From Saccostrea cucullata (lineage: Eukaryota): a DNA stretch of 64,000 nt. Below are positions 60,426-64,000 of this stretch, in pieces. The notes under the pieces were generated by a model. The model was not told the DNA's origin. It saw nothing but the letters and a program-made list of their open reading frames with translations, and searched no databases. A program made the position numbers and the translations under genes. The stretch is from the NCBI RefSeq assembly GCF_032062105.1, contig NW_026932503.1, forward strand, positions 372,001 to 436,000, read 5' to 3'. Within the stretch, counting starts at the first letter, position 1. Each line of letters begins with the position of its first letter.

Positions 60426-62087
60426 ATTAATACTTTTTCTGAATAGTTGTATCACGTCAGATCTTAGTTTGAATTTACAAAACTAAACAATTGCCCTCTC
60501 CATTTAAAATAGTAAGAGGTAGACAATCATTAACAAACATGTTTGATTTTCTTTTCCAATCCGTTTTTTATTTTTTTGGTCATTTTTTGCGGAGAACTTA
60601 CTTTAGGAAAGATTCATTTAAAGACTGTGTATACATGTATGTTTGACTGATTCGGCATATGATACATCATGTTTGATGTTACACTGCAGAATTTAAAATT
60701 ACTTTGATGAAACACATTTTTAACGAATAACCGACTAAAGAAGTTTTAGTCGATAGTCGGTATGATCGAACGATAGTCGGGTACTCGAATATTCGTTGAC
60801 ATCCCTACTTTATTTAAGTATCTATGGTACTAACTGGTTTAGAATCACTAAAACTTTGTTTGCTGATGCATCTTTGGTTTTTAGAGAATGTTGATCAAAA
60901 AGTAGGTCATGGTGACCTACTTTTGAATATCTCAGGTACTTTTTGGCTTAGAATCATCAAACTTTGTCAGTTGATGTATCATGGGTTTTCAAAGAATGTA
61001 GACAAAAAAGTAGGTCACGGTGACCTACTTTTAAATATTTCAAATACTTATTGGCTTAGAATCTTCAATCTTTGTTTATTAATGCATCTTGAGTCCTCAG
61101 AAAACTTCAGTCTTAACATAGGTCATTGTGATGTACTTATGGTTTTTCATAGCTTTATTATTAAAAATATTTTCAGTCATTATTGGCTAAGAATCATCAA
61201 ACTTTGTCAGTTGATGCAACTTGGGTCTTAGGATACTTAAGGTTAGAGGCTTCAAATAGAAGTGATAGATTGTACAATTTATCAGAAGAGCGATTCAAGG
61301 CCCTTGGGCCTCTTGTTTTAAACAAGGTCATGTAGTCCTTTCTATTAATTTGCTGTTAGTCAAATCCTCAAATGGAAGCTGCTAGGGTACCACCTCAATT
61401 AGTTTTGCATTAAAGAAAAGCACAGAAATTGCTATGGTCAAGGGACGAAATGCTAAATCTAAATCATATAACAGTAGAGACGTCACTTTATGCCGCTGAA
61501 GGGCTTCAAATTTAGACCTATTCTCGGCACTCAGGGTCATTAAGCAGTGAGGGCTTTTTATCGTGCCAACGCTAATACCATGACACAGGACCTATGTTTT
61601 TAAGGTCATATCCAAAAGACCTGTGACTTTCACTTCTAATGCTGAGCACTTGGCGAAAGAACAGTTTTTGTCGTCAGTCGGAATATCATAACATTAAAAC
61701 AAACTGCTCAAACCTGCAAGGTTTTCTTCATCAGTTTAAGGTCCTGTCTGCTAAGTATAAGTACTCAATTATAAAATGCTAAAGTAAAGAAAAATATATA
61801 TAACCAACTATCAAAACCCCACCAAAATCCCCAACTGTTGTAAAATTCTATAATTCAATGAAATTGAATCAATTTACCCTTGTCTTCAACAGTACTTATA
61901 TATCAGTTCCTTGATAAACTAGATCCTGGAATATGTCTAATTTAAGGATGGTCTTTTGTCTGCTGGTTATGGTGAGATGATCAACAGACTTCATCAACAG
62001 ATCCCTAAGGTCACTAACGATGGCAAGCGACTTCAGATGATCGTCTGCTCCGCTACTTTGCACTCCTTTGATGTCAAGAAAATGGCT
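18696..62087 (+). CDS. DDX1: ATP-dependent RNA helicase DDX1, first 18 coding exons (420 codons), incomplete at 3'; exons 18696-18711, 19097-19148, 21127-21190, 21464-21493, 21622-21712, 22143-22199, 22659-22745, 23105-23265, 23378-23450, 23612-23688, 24076-24129, 25015-25075, 40150-40208, 42829-42852, 51622-51674, 52358-52418, 54257-54355, 61947-62087
   Basis: Spliced product [56 protein letters not shown]..., with a SPRY insert ([21 protein letters not shown]) between motifs I and Ia, then PSRELA, TPGRL, DEA/D and SAT. All introns are GT-AG and in phase. Confidence 0.97.
19186..19676. mobile_element. Mutator-like MITE (491 bp) in DDX1 intron 2
   Basis: ~100-bp imperfect TIRs (aaatatctga...gtgccaggaaaac / gttttcctggcac...tcagatattt). 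9-bp TSD TTATGAAAC at 19177-19185 and 19677-19685. Confidence 0.75.
20010..20640. repeat. Degenerate tandem repeat (ttcaatataacttggcacacaagta-type core, ~6 irregular copies)
   Basis: Core recurs at ~20017, 20100, 20222, 20282, 20430 and 20595 with variable spacing. Confidence 0.6.
24237..24794. mobile_element. MITE with 8-bp TSD and repeated CATTACCGCTACA subterminal motifs
   Basis: TSD ATCTAAAG at 24229-24236 and 24795-24802. GGG termini. Four motif copies at the left end and four inverted copies at the right end. Confidence 0.85.
30152..31297. mobile_element. Non-autonomous DNA element with TTAA-bounded ends (Kolobok- or Crypton-like)
   Basis: ttaaagacccaattt ... aaattgggtgtttaa inverted ends (14/15 match); internal ctgtcaatca/tgattgacag inverted pair. 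Superfamily uncertain. Confidence 0.55.
32374..32391 (-). promoter_or_regulatory. Candidate CTCF binding site
   Basis: Minus strand AGCCGCTAGATGGCGATC fits the CTCF core CC(A/G)C(C/T)AG(A/G)(G/T)GGC, within a local GC-rich island. Confidence 0.5.
33081..33227 (+). pseudogene. Relic THAP-domain coding sequence (transposon-derived), interrupted by a MITE, resuming at ~34597
   Basis: [38 protein letters not shown], frameshift, [10 protein letters not shown] gives the THAP CxxxxC...FP...W pattern. The final CxxHF was not found. Confidence 0.5.
33228..34596. mobile_element. hAT-like MITE (CA..GGCGGATCCA termini) hosting a Penelope-like fragment
   Basis: Termini cattggcggatcca ... tggatccgcctctg. 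Degenerate 8-bp TSD aaacggtt (33220-33227) / aaacggga (34597-34604). Confidence 0.7.
33428..34233 (-). mobile_element. 5'-truncated Penelope-like retroelement (RT C-terminal half plus 3' UTR), inactive
   Basis: [15 protein letters not shown]...[16 protein letters not shown]...[18 protein letters not shown]...[16 protein letters not shown]. In-frame TAG at 34051-34053; natural stop at 33646. Confidence 0.88.
36812..37549. mobile_element. hAT-like MITE, 11-bp TIR CAGGGTTTGAC
   Basis: Perfect TIR pair, subterminal ccgactg/ctagt motifs, flanking 5-bp repeat ACTAA. Confidence 0.75.
38090..38410 (+). mobile_element. Degenerate tRNA-derived SINE
   Basis: Weak A/B-box-like head (tagtggtt...gggttcta) and tail gggacattaaacaacacacagtcaatcaatc resembling oyster SINEs. 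Heavily diverged. Confidence 0.4.
39734..39817. repeat. Perfect 28-bp tandem repeat x3
   Basis: CAGCATATTTTGCAAATTGGCAAAATAA three times. Confidence 0.95.
40560..40792. mobile_element. Tc1/mariner-type MITE (TA-flanked)
   Basis: tactgtatatgtagaatttt ... aaatttccacttttacggta inverted ends; internal tcgctaaa repeats. Confidence 0.55.
40891..41885. mobile_element. Tc1/mariner-type MITE interrupted by a HINE
   Basis: tactgtaaattccttat ... aattaggaatcgacagta inverted ends. Confidence 0.55.
41043..41817 (+). mobile_element. Complete HINE (CvA/pearl-like) with ~145-bp tandem array x4
   Basis: 5' ataccccccgc...gggggggtat hairpin, (GTCC/GTCT)n microsatellite, 4+ units, 3' subTIR gcggggggtat, hairpin tgtcc-cgatt-ggaca, ctagttt end. 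Confidence 0.9.
47672..50719 (-). mobile_element. Putatively autonomous hAT transposon (3048 bp)
   Basis: 15-bp TIR cagtgcctgggaagg / ccttcccaggccctg (1 mismatch). Flanking direct repeat CAATAAT at 47665-47671 and 50720-50726. Intact transposase gene. Confidence 0.92.
47925..50475 (-). CDS. hAT transposase (ZNF862-like: TTF zinc finger, DDE core, hATC dimerisation domain), 705 aa; exons 50475-49087, 48968-48757, 48553-48427, 48314-47925
   Basis: Splices in frame (2118 nt, GT-AG). Motifs RKFQSSW...FCTIC...[40 protein letters not shown]. Confidence 0.88.
56518..58687 (+). mobile_element. Solo LTR (Gypsy-like, ~900 bp net) interrupted by a HINE
   Basis: TGTTACG...CGTTACA ends, 4-bp TSD TTTA (56514-56517, 58688-58691), TATA box ~56980, AATAAA at 57313. 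Confidence 0.75.
57354..58620 (+). mobile_element. HINE with two ~158-bp units
   Basis: 5' hairpin tagggccccgcaa...ttgcgggtgcccta, (GTCC/GTCT)n, 3' gcggggccct plus ctgac-tg-gtcag hairpin plus ctagtt. Confidence 0.82.
58940..60424 (+). mobile_element. HINE carrying a Cg170/HindIII-like ~167-bp satellite array (~7 units)
   Basis: 5' tagctcacctgagccgaaggctcaagtgagct, GTCC microsatellite, units aaaatcttcttctcaagaaccactgggcca, 3' ctcaggtgagcgatgtggcccatgggcctcttgttt. Confidence 0.92.
61475..61665 (-). mobile_element. Core-SINE fragment of the common bivalve tRNA-SINE type
   Basis: Minus strand ttcgccaagtgctcagcattagaagtgaaagtcacaggtcttttggatatgaccttaaaaac...ctcactgctt...aggtctaaatttgaagccctt, recognised from memory as an oyster SINE core. 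Confidence 0.65.
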
Positions 62088-62521
62088 GTAAGTTTCAGAT
62101 GTAAGCCAAGATATAGGGTGTCACCAAATGAAATAGGGGAAATAATTTTCTTAGCTACTTACGTGATCTGTTGCAATATACGTTTTCATCCTTTTATATA
62201 TAAATTTCTTGATCATTGATGCTTTTCTTTTGAAATTAAAGAACTATTTTGGGTGTGTCAAAGAAATTAACAATATTGCTTGATCAATAGTGTTTGATCA
62301 GTACAATGAATCTGAAATAAGAAGAATTATTTGGGATATATTAAACAAAATGCATTTTCAAATGAAATAAGGGCACTACAGAGCAAAGCATCCCCTCACA
62401 AAGAATATATCTATAAATCAAGAGAGCATTTGACATTGTTCCCAATGCAAATGATGCCATTTCTGTTTCACACTGGACATAACAAACCCATAAATAAACA
62501 CACACACACAATTGTTACTAT

Positions 62522-63555
62522 TGTTACGAAATTCGTTTCGTCACTTTTATATATTTCATTAATCACTCGCAGCGTATGCAGTCGTTATCAGCATATTGAT
62601 ATGTACGTGATTGTTTGTTATTAAATAATTGATAAAAAGTTGTAAAAGAAATAAGTTATATGTTCACTGTATTTCGACCCGGTCTCGATCTCGATAGCAT
62701 GTTTGAAGTCAATTATCACGTTTCGTCTTTGAACATTGTAATGTCATTGTTTAAATCAACTTAATAACGTAATAGCTACTTGTACTTATCGTATTTTGGT
62801 AGATAAAATCCCATTTTGTATGGTTAGTAATGATTTTCTATTAGAAAACTTCTCTGCGTGCACTTTCCCTGATTTGTTTATACCGGAAGTGGCGTAGGGT
62901 CATTCCGGGTCAGCGATTGGCTAATTGAGGTTACCAGTGGGTACAGTAAAGGTATATAAAGAAGCGAAAATTTCGTCTGCTAGAGGAGAAGGGGGGGAAG
63001 TTGGGAGGATACGGAAGCCTCCAGATTATTATCTTACAAGTGCTCCCATCATTGGCAGTCATTTAAAGGGATGGCAGACCCTATGCAGACCAGATGGGTA
63101 ATTATATTAGTCAAGTTATATTAAATTGAGACGCTGAGATATCCCTGTGGGAGGCCCATAAGTAGAGTGGGAGACCCATCGACGGGAAAACTTATGGGAG
63201 AATTTATGGGAGTTACAATTTATTATTAAAACTATAAAGGACTTATAGAATAGGTATAAATAAATTATATTAAATCAAGGAAAGCATATTTTAGTACAAG
63301 CAGCTAATTTTTATAACTATTTTGGGAGATTTAGATTTTACCTACGGGTTGTGGGAGTGACTTCACTTTATAAGAGACTGATATTGTATTGTGATTTTTT
63401 TATTATAACAATACTTACATTTAATTGTACATAGTGTAAATAAATTTTATTTGTTGAACTTTTATCCTGACTTAATTATTAATTTATAAGTTAACATACG
63501 AGAGTGGAAAGCCCACACAGTTGCCCCACTCTCTCCCGAGGTGGGAGGCGCAACA
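62522..63555 (+). mobile_element. Solo LTR (Gypsy-like, 1034 bp)
   Basis: TGTTACG...CGCAACA ends, 4-bp TSD CTAT (62518-62521, 63556-63559), TATA ~62953, AATAAA 63439. Inserted beside a HINE-like palindrome (63560-63590). Confidence 0.8.
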
Positions 63556-63805
63556 CTATATACCCTCTTACTCCGTTGCGAGGGGATAAAAAGAATATTA
63601 CAGTGTAATGTTATCTTTAAATAATTGTTTGGTCGCCATCTTCTGACTAACTGGCTAAAACTTGATACAATGTTTTTTAATTCCTATTATCCTGTCAACA
63701 GATATGTTGAGATTTTCTGGAAAAAAGATTTCATAACCAACTTAGTGATCGAATATTTTTACCTGAGTCGAAAGAGGGCAAACAAAAATTTTAAAGATGG
63801 CCAAA

Positions 63806-64000
63806 TACTGTATACAGGGAAATTTTCGCCCTCGTTTTATTTTCGCCCCCTTTCCCCCTCTTCATGAGTGGGTGAATTTAAAACGGGGCGAATTCAAGTA
63901 ACACAGCATAATTTCTTAAGCAGAACTAAGAATGGGCAAATTTAAAACGGGGCCGAATTGTTCACAACTGCAAATGGGCGAAAATAACACGGGGCGAAAA
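63806..64000. mobile_element. Tc1/mariner-type MITE, cut by window end
   Basis: tactgtatacagggaaattttcgccctcgttttattttcgccc start; inverted gggcgaaaataacacggggcgaaaa at the window end. Confidence 0.65.

Larger units (their letters stand above)
56214..60807. mobile_element. hAT-type MITE (TIR TAGGGATGTCAA) carrying a solo LTR and two HINEs
   Basis: Perfect 12-bp TIRs, perfect 8-bp TSD CTTTATTT at 56206-56213 and 60808-60815, tagtcg subterminal motifs. Confidence 0.9.
54751..61318 (+). mobile_element. HINE with array of AAGTAGGTCAC.GTGACCTACTT-containing units, interrupted by nested elements
   Basis: 5' ttagct...agctaa, 11 palindrome-bearing units, 3' hairpin aggcccttgggcct-cttgttt. Confidence 0.8.

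Noticed and set aside
18712-61946. Intronic snoRNAs or tRNAs in DDX1
   Set aside because: No convincing C/D box pair with terminal stem or cloverleaf found by eye. An Infernal/tRNAscan run would be needed to exclude them.

Overview
AT-rich, intron-rich animal genomic DNA, very probably a Crassostrea/Magallana-type oyster (inferred from Cg170-like ~167-bp satellite arrays inside Helentron-type elements). Three host genes are present. (1) The 5' part of EMC4 (minus strand, 3 coding exons, one GC-AG intron). (2) A complete 7-exon, 309-aa gene fusing an hnRNP C/RALY-type RRM to two BCL11-like zinc fingers (plus). (3) The first 18 coding exons (420 codons) of DDX1 (plus, continues past the window). 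EMC4 and the RRM gene are head-to-head. The region between them has been split by a 7.5-kb nest of Mutator-like elements inserted on, and duplicating, a CCGGAAGT ETS motif. The innermost element encodes an intact 1014-aa MULE transposase-SWIM-Ulp1/SENP protease-PHD fusion, and a decayed element with the same architecture sits just upstream of the RRM gene's first coding exon. DDX1 introns hold deep TE nests: Helentron-associated satellite elements, a CACTA-like element, an intact spliced hAT transposase, MITEs, solo LTRs, a Penelope-like RT fragment and SINEs. Most short ORFs in the supplied track are artefacts. All calls come from manual reading; no searches were run.
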